From: Candidatus Dormiibacterota bacterium
Lineage (GTDB): Bacteria > Chloroflexota > Dormibacteria > DASZGP01
Assembly (NCBI GenBank): GCA_035938265.1
Contig: DASZHA010000081.1
Span: 13,435-77,434 of the forward strand
DNA length: 64,000 nt
Direction: 5' to 3'
The notes beneath the pieces are model-generated. The model searched no databases. It was not told the DNA's origin and worked only from the letters and a program-made list of their open reading frames with translations. This document shows, piece after piece, positions 49,079 to 57,774 of the stretch; the first letter of the stretch is position 1, and each line of letters opens with the position of its first letter. The translations under genes and the position numbers were made by a program.

Positions 49079-49518
49079 AGGAGCTGCGCGCCCATATGGG
49101 TGAGCGGATCCTCGACGTCAAGCAGCAGGTGGTGCCGAGGCTCCGCCAGGCCCGCCGCATCGCGATCACCGTGACCGCGGTCGGCGTCGGGGTGATGGTG
49201 GTCGGCACCGTCGCGGTGGCGACGATGGCGGCACGCCGCCGGCGCCGGCGCCGCAGCCTCAGGGGCCGCGCCGAGGCGGTGGCTCAGGCCGCCGCCCACC
49301 CTGAGAAAACCGCCAAGAAGGCGGAGGCGGCGGTCGAGAAGATGGCTGACGACACGCGCGAGCGCATCAAGGCCGAGCTTCGCGATGAGCTGAAGAAGGA
49401 GCTCGACCTGCAGGACCGCGAGCCGATGCGCGAGAAGATCGTGAGCACGGCGCTCAAGACCGCCGCCACCACCGCGATCCCGATCATCATCCGCCAGCTG
49501 GAGAAACGCGCCCGCTGA
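49042..49518 (+). CDS. DUF3618-like membrane-anchored protein
   Basis: 158 aa. The N-terminus 'NHEIEELRAHMGERILDVKQQ' resembles the DUF3618 helix. It then has one TM helix, a poly-Arg stop-transfer and a charged coiled C-terminus. The start is ATG 49042 (37 nt overlap with the upstream gene) or ATG 49093. Confidence 0.5.
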   Translation: MGESADQTNHEIEELRAHMGERILDVKQQVVPRLRQARRIAITVTAVGVGVMVVGTVAVATMAARRRRRRRSLRGRAEAVAQAAAHPEKTAKKAEAAVEKMADDTRERIKAELRDELKKELDLQDREPMREKIVSTALKTAATTAIPIIIRQLEKRAR

Positions 49519-49573
49519 GGCGCGGCTTTCGGTGCCGAGCGTGCGCCGAACCCATTCGCGGTAGGATGCGCGC

Positions 49574-50122
49574 ATGAGGGTAGGCGACCTGATGACCCAC
49601 GAGGTCACCACCATCAACCCGGACGCCAGCCTCGAGGAGCTGGCCAGGGTGCTGGCCGAGAAGGATGTCTCGAGCCTGCCTGTGACCGCCGACGGACGCC
49701 TGGTGGGCGTGGTCAGTGAGTCAGACGTGATCGGCAAGAGTGGCGAGACGGTGGCCGACATCATGACCACCACGCCTTTGACCGCGACGCAGGAGATGAG
49801 CCTGAAGGAGGTCGCCGACATCCTCACCACCAAGAAGATCAAGCGCATCCCCGTGGTGAGCGGCCAGGCGGTGGTGGGCGTGATCAGCCAGCGCGACCTG
49901 ATCCGGGGCATGGCCGGCGGCATCGTCCAGGCCGAGGACCTCGGCCACGAGCTCAAAGCAGTGAAATCAGGCGCGGTGCCCGAGACCCGCTCGGTGGCCA
50001 TGGAGCTGCTCTGGAAGTGCGACGACTGCGGCTACCTGGAACAGAACGCCGAGAACCCTCCCGACAAGTGCCCTCAGTGCGGCGCCCCGCGGGAGCACTT
50101 CGTCAGCGTCACCGAGGACTAG
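49574..50122 (+). CDS. CBS-pair protein with a C-terminal rubredoxin-like Cys4 domain (paralog of 44227..44763)
   Basis: 182 aa. CBS motifs: LMTHEVTTINPD...VSSLPVTADGRLVGVVSESDVI; IMTTTPLTATQE...IKRIPVVSGQAVVGVISQRDLI. The C-terminus WKCDDCGYLEQNAENPPDKCPQCGAPREHF (CxxC-x13-CxxC) closely matches the rubrerythrin-type rubredoxin knuckle pattern. Confidence 0.8.
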   Translation: MRVGDLMTHEVTTINPDASLEELARVLAEKDVSSLPVTADGRLVGVVSESDVIGKSGETVADIMTTTPLTATQEMSLKEVADILTTKKIKRIPVVSGQAVVGVISQRDLIRGMAGGIVQAEDLGHELKAVKSGAVPETRSVAMELLWKCDDCGYLEQNAENPPDKCPQCGAPREHFVSVTED

Positions 50123-51798
50123 TCGGGCTCGATTTCGTACTCCAGGTAGGAGAGCAATTCGCCCTCCTGCTCCAGGCCCAGCTCCAGCAGCATGGTGCCC
50201 TTGTCGGCGGGCATGTTGACCTCGGCGTCATAGACCGCGGCCGGCTGGTCCGGCGCCGGGATCAGGACCGGGACCTGCCCGCTGCGGTCACGGACAAAGG
50301 GGAGCCAGCCGGTTGGCTCCAGCGCCCGGAGCCGCCAGCGGACCAGCCCCCGCCCGTTGGTGGCGACGTCGTCGTTGATGACGTGGAAGCGCAGCCTGAC
50401 GGCGTCGCTGCCGGCGAGGCGGTGCCAGTCGGCCAGCACCGTGGTGGCGGCCAGCGCACCCTCCGCCTCGTCGAGGTCGGGCAGCTGGCGCAAAACCAGC
50501 GCCGTCAGCGGCTGGAACTTGGCCCGCCGCACGGCCTCGACCTCGGCACGGGCCGCGCCCGATAGGAAGTACGGTTCGTCGCCGGCGGTGGCGCCTCCCA
50601 TGACGTCGCCGGGCGAACCGCCGGTTCGCTGCAGCAGCACGGCAGCGCTGGCGTGGGGCGCTACCACGCCGATGGCCTCCTTCATGTGGTCCCGGTGGGC
50701 AAGCTCGTCGCCCTCTCCCGCCAGGAACGCCGGCGGGTCTACGACCAGGAGCACACCCGCGCTGTCGGCGGAGTCGGCGGTGCGGTCGCTGGGGACCTGG
50801 CCACGGGAGAGGGCAAGGTCGAGACCAGCCAGCCGCCAGGCGCCAATCGGGTCGGCGCTTTCGCCCGGGGGCAGGGGCGGCAGGACCGCGCCACGGGGGA
50901 AATGACGCCGACCATTGATGGTCCAGGCCATGCCCCCGGCGGAGGGCTCCAGGTCGATCTCACGGATGCCGACCCGCCGCGTGGTCACGGTGCTGCGGCG
51001 GCCGTCAACCTCGACCTGCGCCACCAGCGTGTACAGGGGCTGGTCGCCGAGGGTCCAGGGCCACCAGAGCTGGGGCCGGTCGACCGCGACGCGCGTTTCC
51101 AGGTTGATGCTCTCGCCGCTGCGCAGCCGCGCTGGCCGGCGCCAGCGGACGAGGGGCGTGTCGCTCTCCGGGGTCAGCATCTGCCAGCCAACAGTGACCT
51201 GCATCTCACGGCCGTCCAGGTTGGTCAGCGCCGTCTTGATGCTGGCCTCGGCTAGGCCCGGGGTCAGGTGCCAGTTGGACTCCAGCGACTGCACGATGAC
51301 GTTGCCCGTGCGCTCCAGCCAGACGCGGCCGATGATGCCCAGTGGCCACCAGGGTCCGCCGTCGTCCTGCATGTGGCTGAGCGGCGCCGGCAGGTGCCCG
51401 GGGTCGCCGTTGGCCTGGACGCAGACGGCCACGATGTTGGTCGCTTCGAGGTACGACGAGATGTCGAAGCCGAACGACCCAGGGTAGCCGTAATGGCTGC
51501 CCAGCAGCCGGCCGTTGAGCCAGACGTTGACCGCCAGGAAAGCGCCGTCGAAGCGAAGCACGGTGCGCTCACCCCAGCCCGGGCGGGCAAACTCGGCGCG
51601 GAACCAGACGGAGGTCGCCTCCGGCCCGCCGCGGACCGTCAGGGATTCGTCGGGGTGCCACTCACCCGCCGGCGTGGCGACTCGGTGGTACCCCTGCTCC
51701 TCTCCCTCACCGAGGTCGAAGAGCTGGCGGTGCCAGCCGTTGACCCGCTGCCGGTCGAGTCCCTGAGGCAACGTCAGGAGAAGGCAGTCGGAGGCCAC
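50119..51798 (-). CDS. GH2-like protein (sugar-binding jelly-roll + Ig-like domains; TIM-barrel region apparently degenerate)
   Basis: Track ORF 50119..51951. The start is uncertain; GTG 51798 lies 13 nt after the galK stop, and ATG 51897 would overlap galK. GH2 N-domain pattern: TVLRFDGAFLAVNVWLNGRLLGSHYGYPGSFGFDISSYLEATNIVAVCV, then WWPLGIIGRVWLE. I cannot find the HYP/NE catalytic motifs. Confidence 0.55.
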   Translation of the reverse strand: MASDCLLLTLPQGLDRQRVNGWHRQLFDLGEGEEQGYHRVATPAGEWHPDESLTVRGGPEATSVWFRAEFARPGWGERTVLRFDGAFLAVNVWLNGRLLGSHYGYPGSFGFDISSYLEATNIVAVCVQANGDPGHLPAPLSHMQDDGGPWWPLGIIGRVWLERTGNVIVQSLESNWHLTPGLAEASIKTALTNLDGREMQVTVGWQMLTPESDTPLVRWRRPARLRSGESINLETRVAVDRPQLWWPWTLGDQPLYTLVAQVEVDGRRSTVTTRRVGIREIDLEPSAGGMAWTINGRRHFPRGAVLPPLPPGESADPIGAWRLAGLDLALSRGQVPSDRTADSADSAGVLLVVDPPAFLAGEGDELAHRDHMKEAIGVVAPHASAAVLLQRTGGSPGDVMGGATAGDEPYFLSGAARAEVEAVRRAKFQPLTALVLRQLPDLDEAEGALAATTVLADWHRLAGSDAVRLRFHVINDDVATNGRGLVRWRLRALEPTGWLPFVRDRSGQVPVLIPAPDQPAAVYDAEVNMPADKGTMLLELGLEQEGELLSYLEYEIEPD

Positions 51799-51811
51799 CG
51801 GCAGAGTGTAC

Positions 51812-52975
51812 TTACGGCTGGACGAGGCCGGCGCCGTCGACCACGGCCAGGCGATGAACCGCTCCCCCACCCCGGCGCCGGGCGACGTCGGGGACATTGA
51901 GACCGGCTTCGATCTTTGCGGCAACGGCCTCCGCCTCGGTCGCCCCCGCAACCGCGAGGACCGAGCCGCCGAAGCCGGCCCCCATCACGCGCGCCCCCGG
52001 GCAACCCGCGTCGACCGCCACCTCCACGATCTCGTCCAGCGCCGGCAGGCTGACCTCATAGTCCCGGGCCAGGCTGCGGTGGGAGGTCAGCACCAGCTGG
52101 CCCAGAGCCTCGATGTTGCCGGCCTCAAGGCAGGCCACGGCCATCCGAACCCGCATGCACTCGCCGGCGATGTGCCGCGCTCGCCGGCCGAGGGGCTCGG
52201 GCAGCGCCAGCGCCTCGACCTCATGGGGTTCGAGGTCGCAGAGGCTTTTCAGCTCGCTGTTCGTCTGCCGCGCCTGGCGGAGCGCCTCCGCCGCCTCGGC
52301 GGCGCGATCCGCGTAGCCGCTGCCGCGCAGCTCGCGCTCGATGCCACTCTGGATCACCAGCCAGGCGATCTCACCCGGGAGGGCCACCAGCTCACCGATC
52401 TCCGCCGCGGCGTCGAAGAGGAGGGCATGGTCCCTGCGGCCGAGGACGACGGCGGCCTGGTCCATGAGCCCACTGGGGACGCCGACGAAGTTGTTCTCGG
52501 CGGCGCGTGCCAGCCGGCCGGCGTCGAGCGGCTCGGCGACGAGGTCGGCAAGGTCCAGTACCGCCATGGTGGCGGCCACGCCCAGGGCGGCGGAGCTGCT
52601 CAGGCCGGAGCCGGCAGGGATGTCGGAGGCGATCGCCATCCGGGCGGGTACTGCCAGGCCCTCCGTGCCCAGCTCGGCGACCACGCCCAGCGCGTAGTCT
52701 GCCCAGCCGCCGGTGCGCGACAGGGACTCCGGGTCGGCGCGGACGACGTCGTCATGCCGCTCGCTGGCAACCTCGATGTGCTCGCCCTGGCTGACCGCCA
52801 CCGCCAGGTAGCGGTCAATCGCCGCGGGGAGGCAGAGACCGCCGGCGTAGTCGGTGTGCTCGCCGATGATGTTGATCCGCCCCGGCGAGACAGCAACAGC
52901 GGCGGGGTCGGCGCCGAAGGTGCCGCGATGGAGCTCGGCCGCCCGCGCAGCGATGGCCGCCCGGCCGGGGTCCAC
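51812..52975 (-). CDS. galK: Galactokinase (GHMP kinase)
   Basis: 387 aa. Motifs: PGRINIIGEHTDYAGG, IPAGSGLSSSAALG, GAGFGGSVLAV. Confidence 0.9.
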   Translation of the reverse strand: MDPGRAAIAARAAELHRGTFGADPAAVAVSPGRINIIGEHTDYAGGLCLPAAIDRYLAVAVSQGEHIEVASERHDDVVRADPESLSRTGGWADYALGVVAELGTEGLAVPARMAIASDIPAGSGLSSSAALGVAATMAVLDLADLVAEPLDAGRLARAAENNFVGVPSGLMDQAAVVLGRRDHALLFDAAAEIGELVALPGEIAWLVIQSGIERELRGSGYADRAAEAAEALRQARQTNSELKSLCDLEPHEVEALALPEPLGRRARHIAGECMRVRMAVACLEAGNIEALGQLVLTSHRSLARDYEVSLPALDEIVEVAVDAGCPGARVMGAGFGGSVLAVAGATEAEAVAAKIEAGLNVPDVARRRGGGAVHRLAVVDGAGLVQP

Positions 52976-52982
52976 CTTGCCG

Positions 52983-54086
52983 CTAGGAGATGGGTTGGAA
53001 GCCGGGGCCGGGCTTGAAGGGGAGGCCGCCGGCGGAGACCATCGCCGCCACGCTGACCCGGCCGGCGACCGCCTCGGCTACGCCGTTGAAGACCCTGCCC
53101 AGCTCCGATTCGGGCTCGGCGGCCATCAGGGGAACACCGGCGCCGCCGCCCAGGCGGAGCTTGGGATCCAGCGGCACCTCGCCCATGAAGGGCACGCCCA
53201 GCTTGTCGGCCAGGCGCTGCCCGCCACCATGGTCGAAGACCTCGGTGCGCTCGCCGCAATGGGGACAGAGGAAGTAGCTCATGTTCTCGATCACGCCCAG
53301 GATCTGTACCGACAGCGTGGTGAACATCGAAGCGGCCTTGGTCACGTCCTCCACCGCCACGTCCTGCGGCGTGGTAACCAGCACCGCGCCGGTGATGGGG
53401 ATGCTCTGCGTCAGCGTGAGCGGCGCGTCACCGGTGCCAGGCGGGAGGTCGACGACCAGGTAATCGAGGTCGCCCCAGGCGACGTCGTAGAGGAACTGCT
53501 TCAGCGTTCCCGCGATCATCGGGCCACGCCAGATCACCGGTCGATCGGAGGGCAGCAGGAACCCGATCGACATGATCTTGATGCCGTGCGCCTCCAGCGG
53601 GATGATCTTGTTGTTCTCGCCATATGGGGTGCCGCTGGCGCCCATCATGGTGGGCAGGTTGGGACCGTAGACGTCGGCATCGACCAGCCCCACCGAGGCC
53701 CCCGAGTTGCGCAGGGCCAGGGCCAGGTTGGCGGCCACCGTGGACTTGCCGACACCGCCCTTGCCGGCGCCGACCGCGATCACGTTCTTGACGCCCTCGA
53801 TGGGCGTTTTGTCGCCGATGCCCTTGAACGTCATGACCTGCGAGCCGAAGTCCAGGTTGACGGCGGTGACATCGGGGATCCTCTCCATCAGCGCGTTGCG
53901 AATCCGGCTGCTTATCTCGTCCTTGAGCGGGCAGGCCGGCGTGGTCAGGATCACGGTCGCGGAGATGACGCCACCCGAGACCTGCACATCGCGGATCATG
54001 TTCAGCTCCACGAAGTCCTTGTGCAGCTCCGGGTCCTCGACGCCCTGGAGGGCCTGGAGGACGTCGGTCTCGGTGATCTCGGCCAT
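52983..54086 (-). CDS. mrp: Fe-S cluster carrier ATPase Mrp/ApbC/NBP35 family
   Basis: This is the 3' 367 codons of the 833-aa track ORF, starting at ATG 54086 (MAEITETDVLQALQGVEDPEL = DUF59-like N-domain). Motifs: deviant Walker A GKGGVGKST and the CPHCG cluster-binding motif. Confidence 0.9.
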   Translation of the reverse strand: MAEITETDVLQALQGVEDPELHKDFVELNMIRDVQVSGGVISATVILTTPACPLKDEISSRIRNALMERIPDVTAVNLDFGSQVMTFKGIGDKTPIEGVKNVIAVGAGKGGVGKSTVAANLALALRNSGASVGLVDADVYGPNLPTMMGASGTPYGENNKIIPLEAHGIKIMSIGFLLPSDRPVIWRGPMIAGTLKQFLYDVAWGDLDYLVVDLPPGTGDAPLTLTQSIPITGAVLVTTPQDVAVEDVTKAASMFTTLSVQILGVIENMSYFLCPHCGERTEVFDHGGGQRLADKLGVPFMGEVPLDPKLRLGGGAGVPLMAAEPESELGRVFNGVAEAVAGRVSVAAMVSAGGLPFKPGPGFQPIS

Positions 54087-54115
54087 AGGTGAGTTTACCG
54101 GCCGCTGGGCCCCGA

Positions 54116-55708
54116 TCAGTTCCCGGTGGTCAGGTACCTGTAGATGATGTTGTCGACAAGCCGCTCGACCGGTGCCAGGTCGTCGGTGTAGATCGGCAGG
54201 TGGGGCGCAACCTGTTTGGGCGCCGCGTTGCCCGATGCCTCCTGCATCACCGCCGCCACCAGTGGCGGGTAGAGCGACGCCTCGCGGTTGAAGTTGGCGG
54301 CCACCTCCGACGGCTGGGTCGGCTGGTTGGTCGCATAGACGATGGAGTTGAGGAACTGGCTGGTGTCCTGCTGGTAGACCTCGGGGAACACCGCGAGCAG
54401 CGTCCCGCTGACGGCGTCCACCAGCCGGTAGTCGTTGGGCGCCCGGCCGACGTTGACCACCACCACGCCGTTGGGCTTGAGGTGCTGGCGGGCGCTCTGA
54501 AAGAACTCCTTGGTGGTGAGCTGAAAGGGGATGTACGGCTGACGGTAGGCGTCGACGGCGATGATGTCGTACTGGTTGTCGGTGGTGTCCAGGAAGTAGC
54601 GCCCGTCCGCGGCGACGGCGTTGAGGTTGGGCTCGTTCATGTCGAAGTACTTCCGTCCGACGTCGATGATCCGGGGGTCGATCTCCACGCCATCGATGGG
54701 CACCGGTCCGTACGCGGCCGTGATCTGGCGCGCGACGGTGCCGCCGGCGAGGCCGATGATCAGGACGCGTTCCGGCTTCTGGCCCGTCCACTGGCGGTGA
54801 CCGAAGAGCGGCGCCAACGAGAAGTAGTCCCAGGGTCCGCGGGTCAGCGGGCGGCTGGGGTCGTAGATAGAGTGGATGGCCTGGCCTTCGTTGAGGATCA
54901 GGTCGTGCTCGGTGCCCCGCTCGACCACCTGGATGTAGCCGTACTCCGAGTCCGACTCGTAGATCGCCGTGCCGTCGGCGGGCGGCCGGATGGAATCGAT
55001 GGGCAACGCGGCTCCGAGCAAGGGCACCACCGATATCGCCGCCACCAGCAGCGTCCTGGCGTAGCGCACCGTTATCATCCCCACCACCGACATCAGGAGC
55101 ATCACCGCCCCAAGGCCGTAGATGGTGGCGCGGGTGCCGAAGCTGGGGATCCACCAGAAGGCCGGCAGAAACGCGCCCAGGATCGAGCCCGCGGTGGAGA
55201 TGGCGTAGACCAGGCCCGCAGCGCGGCCGGCGACCCCAACGCTGTCGACCCGCAAACGGATGACGTAGGGCGACACCATCCCCAGCAGGATCACCGAGGG
55301 CGCGAAGATCAGGATCACCGCCACCAGGGCCCCGATGAAGGCCCCGGCCTGCAGGTGTTGCAGCGAGCTCTGCGAGAAGAGCAGGACCGGTCGCGACACC
55401 AATGGGATCAGGAGGACCAGGGCCGAGGCGATGGCGGTTAGTCGGAACAGATAGTCCGCCCGGGGCCAGCGGTCGGCTGCCCACCCCCCGATGTAGTAGC
55501 CCAGCGTCAGGTACAGCAGGATCAGCCCGATCAGCGCCCCCCAGATGTAGGTCGAGGTGCCGAAGAACGGCGCCAGCAGGCGCGAGGCCGAGATCTCCAG
55601 TCCAAGGCTGGTGATGCCGCCGACGAATGCCAGCAGCAACAGCAGCGGTCCCTGTCCCTTCCGGCCGTTCTCAGCGGGCGCAACGCTGTTGTTTGGGGCA
55701 GGAGGCAC
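54116..55708 (-). CDS. Fused polytopic membrane domain / spermidine-synthase-like (class I SAM-fold) protein
   Basis: 530 aa with about 7 N-terminal TM helices. The C-terminal part reads VLIIGLAGGTVARQI...IDGVEIDPRIIDVGRKYF...YDIIAVDAYRQPYIPFQLTTKEFF, typical of spermidine-synthase-like domains. Confidence 0.8.
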   Translation of the reverse strand: MPPAPNNSVAPAENGRKGQGPLLLLLAFVGGITSLGLEISASRLLAPFFGTSTYIWGALIGLILLYLTLGYYIGGWAADRWPRADYLFRLTAIASALVLLIPLVSRPVLLFSQSSLQHLQAGAFIGALVAVILIFAPSVILLGMVSPYVIRLRVDSVGVAGRAAGLVYAISTAGSILGAFLPAFWWIPSFGTRATIYGLGAVMLLMSVVGMITVRYARTLLVAAISVVPLLGAALPIDSIRPPADGTAIYESDSEYGYIQVVERGTEHDLILNEGQAIHSIYDPSRPLTRGPWDYFSLAPLFGHRQWTGQKPERVLIIGLAGGTVARQITAAYGPVPIDGVEIDPRIIDVGRKYFDMNEPNLNAVAADGRYFLDTTDNQYDIIAVDAYRQPYIPFQLTTKEFFQSARQHLKPNGVVVVNVGRAPNDYRLVDAVSGTLLAVFPEVYQQDTSQFLNSIVYATNQPTQPSEVAANFNREASLYPPLVAAVMQEASGNAAPKQVAPHLPIYTDDLAPVERLVDNIIYRYLTTGN

Positions 55709-55718
55709 GGGATATGAT
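55689..55718 (+). promoter_or_regulatory. Possible sigma-70-type promoter for the FBP aldolase/phosphatase gene (TTGTTT-18 nt-TATGAT)
   Basis: Hexamers read directly at 55689-55694 and 55713-55718. If used, this implies a roughly 140 nt GC-rich leader. There is no other support. Confidence 0.2.
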
Positions 55719-55865
55719 AGCCACCGCGGAAAAGCACTCTTGGAAGCACGCCTCGGAGCGCGCGGGCGGGTCCCCGTCCCCTTCGAGGCACCCCCTCAGC
55801 GCCGCCCCTGGGGTTACGCGCCCCCGCGGGCCGTCCCAGAGCGGAGACATAAAGGAGCAGCGAAC

Positions 55866-57023
55866 TTGGCAGAAGGGAAGAAGGTCACGCTCAGCTTGAT
55901 CAAGGCCGACGTGGGCGGCTGGGTGGGACACAGCTCGTCGCATCCGGCACTGCTGGCGAAGGCGCGTGAGGTCCTCGGCAACAGCACCCTGATCGAGGAC
56001 TACTACGTCACCCAGGCGGGCGACGACGTCCAGATGATCATGACCCACTACCACGGCATCGACAACGAGGAGATCCACAGGCTCGCGTGGACCGCCCTCG
56101 AGGAGGCCGCCACCGTGGCCCATGAGATGCACCTCTATGGCGCCGGCCAGGACCTGCTCGTCGATGCCTTCAGCGGCAATGTCAAGGGCATGGGTCCAGG
56201 CGCGGCCGAGCTGGAGTTCGTGGAGCGCCCCTCCGAGCCGGTCCTCTGCTTCATGGCCGATAAGACCGCGCCCGGCGCCTGGAACATGCCGCTGTTCCGG
56301 ATGTTCGCCGATCCCATGACCACCCCCGGCCTGGTCATCGACACCAAGATGCACGAGGGCTTCATCTTCACCGTCCATGACGCCGTCGAAGGCAAGACCA
56401 TCGACCTGCAGACGCCCAACGAGACATACGACCTGCTCATGTTCCTGGGCGCTCCCGGGCGCTTCGTCATCGACCACATCCGTCCCGCCAGCTGGAGCGA
56501 CGAGTGGTGTGCGGTGGCGTCGACCACCAAGCTGACCATGATCGCGGGCCGCTACGTGGGCAAGGACGACCCGGTCTGCATCGTCCGCTGCCAGTCCGGG
56601 TACCCCGCGGTGGGCGAGGCCCTGGAGCCGTTCGCCTTCCCCCACATCGTCCCCGGGTGGATGCGCGGCTCTCACATGGGCCCGTTGATGCCGACGTCGG
56701 TCGCCGGCGGTCACCCCTCACGCTTCGACGGTCCGCCCCGGGTCATCTGCCTCGGTTTCCAGATCGCCGACGGTCGCCTGGGCGAACCGCGCGACATGTT
56801 CGACGACGTTAGCTTCGACCTGGCCCGCTCCAAAGCCAATGAGGTAGGCGAATACCTGCGCCGCCACGGTCCCTTCGAGCCCCATCGGCTACCCCTGGAG
56901 GAGCTGGAGTACACGACCATGGCGGGCCTGCAGAAGAGCCTCGAAAGCCGCTGGCAGGACGAGCACGTCCACACGATGGACAAGTCCAAGGCCAAGGCCG
57001 AAGGGCCGATGGACCTGGACTGA
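55866..57023 (+). CDS. fbp: Fructose-1,6-bisphosphate aldolase/phosphatase (class V, archaeal-type FBPase)
   Basis: Track ORF 55557..57023 trimmed to TTG 55866, 8 nt after AAGGAG (55852-55857). VTLSLIKADVGGWVGHSSSHPALL... is the hallmark N-terminus of the family, and the 385 aa length fits. Confidence 0.88.
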   Translation: MAEGKKVTLSLIKADVGGWVGHSSSHPALLAKAREVLGNSTLIEDYYVTQAGDDVQMIMTHYHGIDNEEIHRLAWTALEEAATVAHEMHLYGAGQDLLVDAFSGNVKGMGPGAAELEFVERPSEPVLCFMADKTAPGAWNMPLFRMFADPMTTPGLVIDTKMHEGFIFTVHDAVEGKTIDLQTPNETYDLLMFLGAPGRFVIDHIRPASWSDEWCAVASTTKLTMIAGRYVGKDDPVCIVRCQSGYPAVGEALEPFAFPHIVPGWMRGSHMGPLMPTSVAGGHPSRFDGPPRVICLGFQIADGRLGEPRDMFDDVSFDLARSKANEVGEYLRRHGPFEPHRLPLEELEYTTMAGLQKSLESRWQDEHVHTMDKSKAKAEGPMDLD

Positions 57024-57054
57024 CCGGCGGTTCGTAGCGAGGCCACAGAGCAAT

Positions 57055-57070
57055 GCCGGCTTCTGCCGGC
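57055..57070. terminator. Weak candidate bidirectional hairpin GCCGGC-TTCT-GCCGGC between convergent genes
   Basis: A 6-bp all-GC stem with a 4-nt loop, read directly. There is no U-tract, so intrinsic-terminator function is doubtful. Confidence 0.2.
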
Positions 57071-57078
57071 CAGGGCGA

Positions 57079-57774
57079 CTAGGCCAGGTCCTCGAGCAGC
57101 GTCTCGGCGTCTCGCCGGGCGCGCGCCTCGATCTTCTCCTCGCCGCGGGGCGGTGACGCCAGGAACTCCTTCAGCTCCCTGACGCGCTTCCGCGCCATCT
57201 CCTCTGCCTGCTCTGGCGTGTAGGCCTTGTTGCCCTGGAGCTTGCGACCGCCCTCCTGGCCACCCTCGGGGAAGTACCAATCCTTGAAGCTGTCGCCGCT
57301 GCCAATGTCGTACAGCAGCATGCCCAGGGGCGTCGCAATCGGCGGGACGCCGCCAAGGAGACCCACCTGGGTGGTGCGGAAGAGGGGCTTTTCGTACTCG
57401 ATCATCAGGTGGCCCCCGGGAGGCAGCGCCTCCGCCACCGGCCGGAGGTAGGGCGCCAGTTCCGGCTCCCACTCCGCGGTCAGGTCCACGCCGGCGGGTG
57501 GGTCGATGTCGAAGATCTCGGCCCAGTTCTGGCCCGGGTAGGGGCCATCGTTGTACAGCCCCTGGGCCAGGCGCGCCGGGGTACCGCCGGCGCCGGGGTC
57601 GACGAAGAGCCGGAAGTACCGACCGCCAACCCTGCGCGGTCCCAGCCAGGCGCGCAGCTGGCCGCCGGGGACAGAGGCGCCGTCCACCGACGCCAGCGAG
57701 AAGCGACCTTCCACCGGCCCCGCCTGGTCCCCGGCGAGGACCTCCGCCAGTGGCTGGAAGTCGAACCGGGGCAT
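57079..57774 (-). CDS. Conserved-looking hypothetical protein (231 aa), function unknown
   Basis: Good G/C3 codon bias. The start ATG 57774 shares a base with the stop of the upstream 110-aa gene (TGATG). Notable segments: FVDPGAGGTPARLAQ, LPPGGHLMIEYEKP, SFKDWYFPEGGQEGGRKLQGNK. The C-terminus is charged and helical. Confidence 0.5.
   Translation of the reverse strand: MPRFDFQPLAEVLAGDQAGPVEGRFSLASVDGASVPGGQLRAWLGPRRVGGRYFRLFVDPGAGGTPARLAQGLYNDGPYPGQNWAEIFDIDPPAGVDLTAEWEPELAPYLRPVAEALPPGGHLMIEYEKPLFRTTQVGLLGGVPPIATPLGMLLYDIGSGDSFKDWYFPEGGQEGGRKLQGNKAYTPEQAEEMARKRVRELKEFLASPPRGEEKIEARARRDAETLLEDLA

Noticed and set aside
52983-55484. 833-aa ORF, the longest in the track
   Set aside because: Only the 3' 367 codons (Mrp/ApbC, from ATG 54086) make sense. 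The 5' 466 codons are an out-of-frame read-through of the spermidine-synthase-like gene on the same strand and translate to Arg/Pro/Gly-rich junk.
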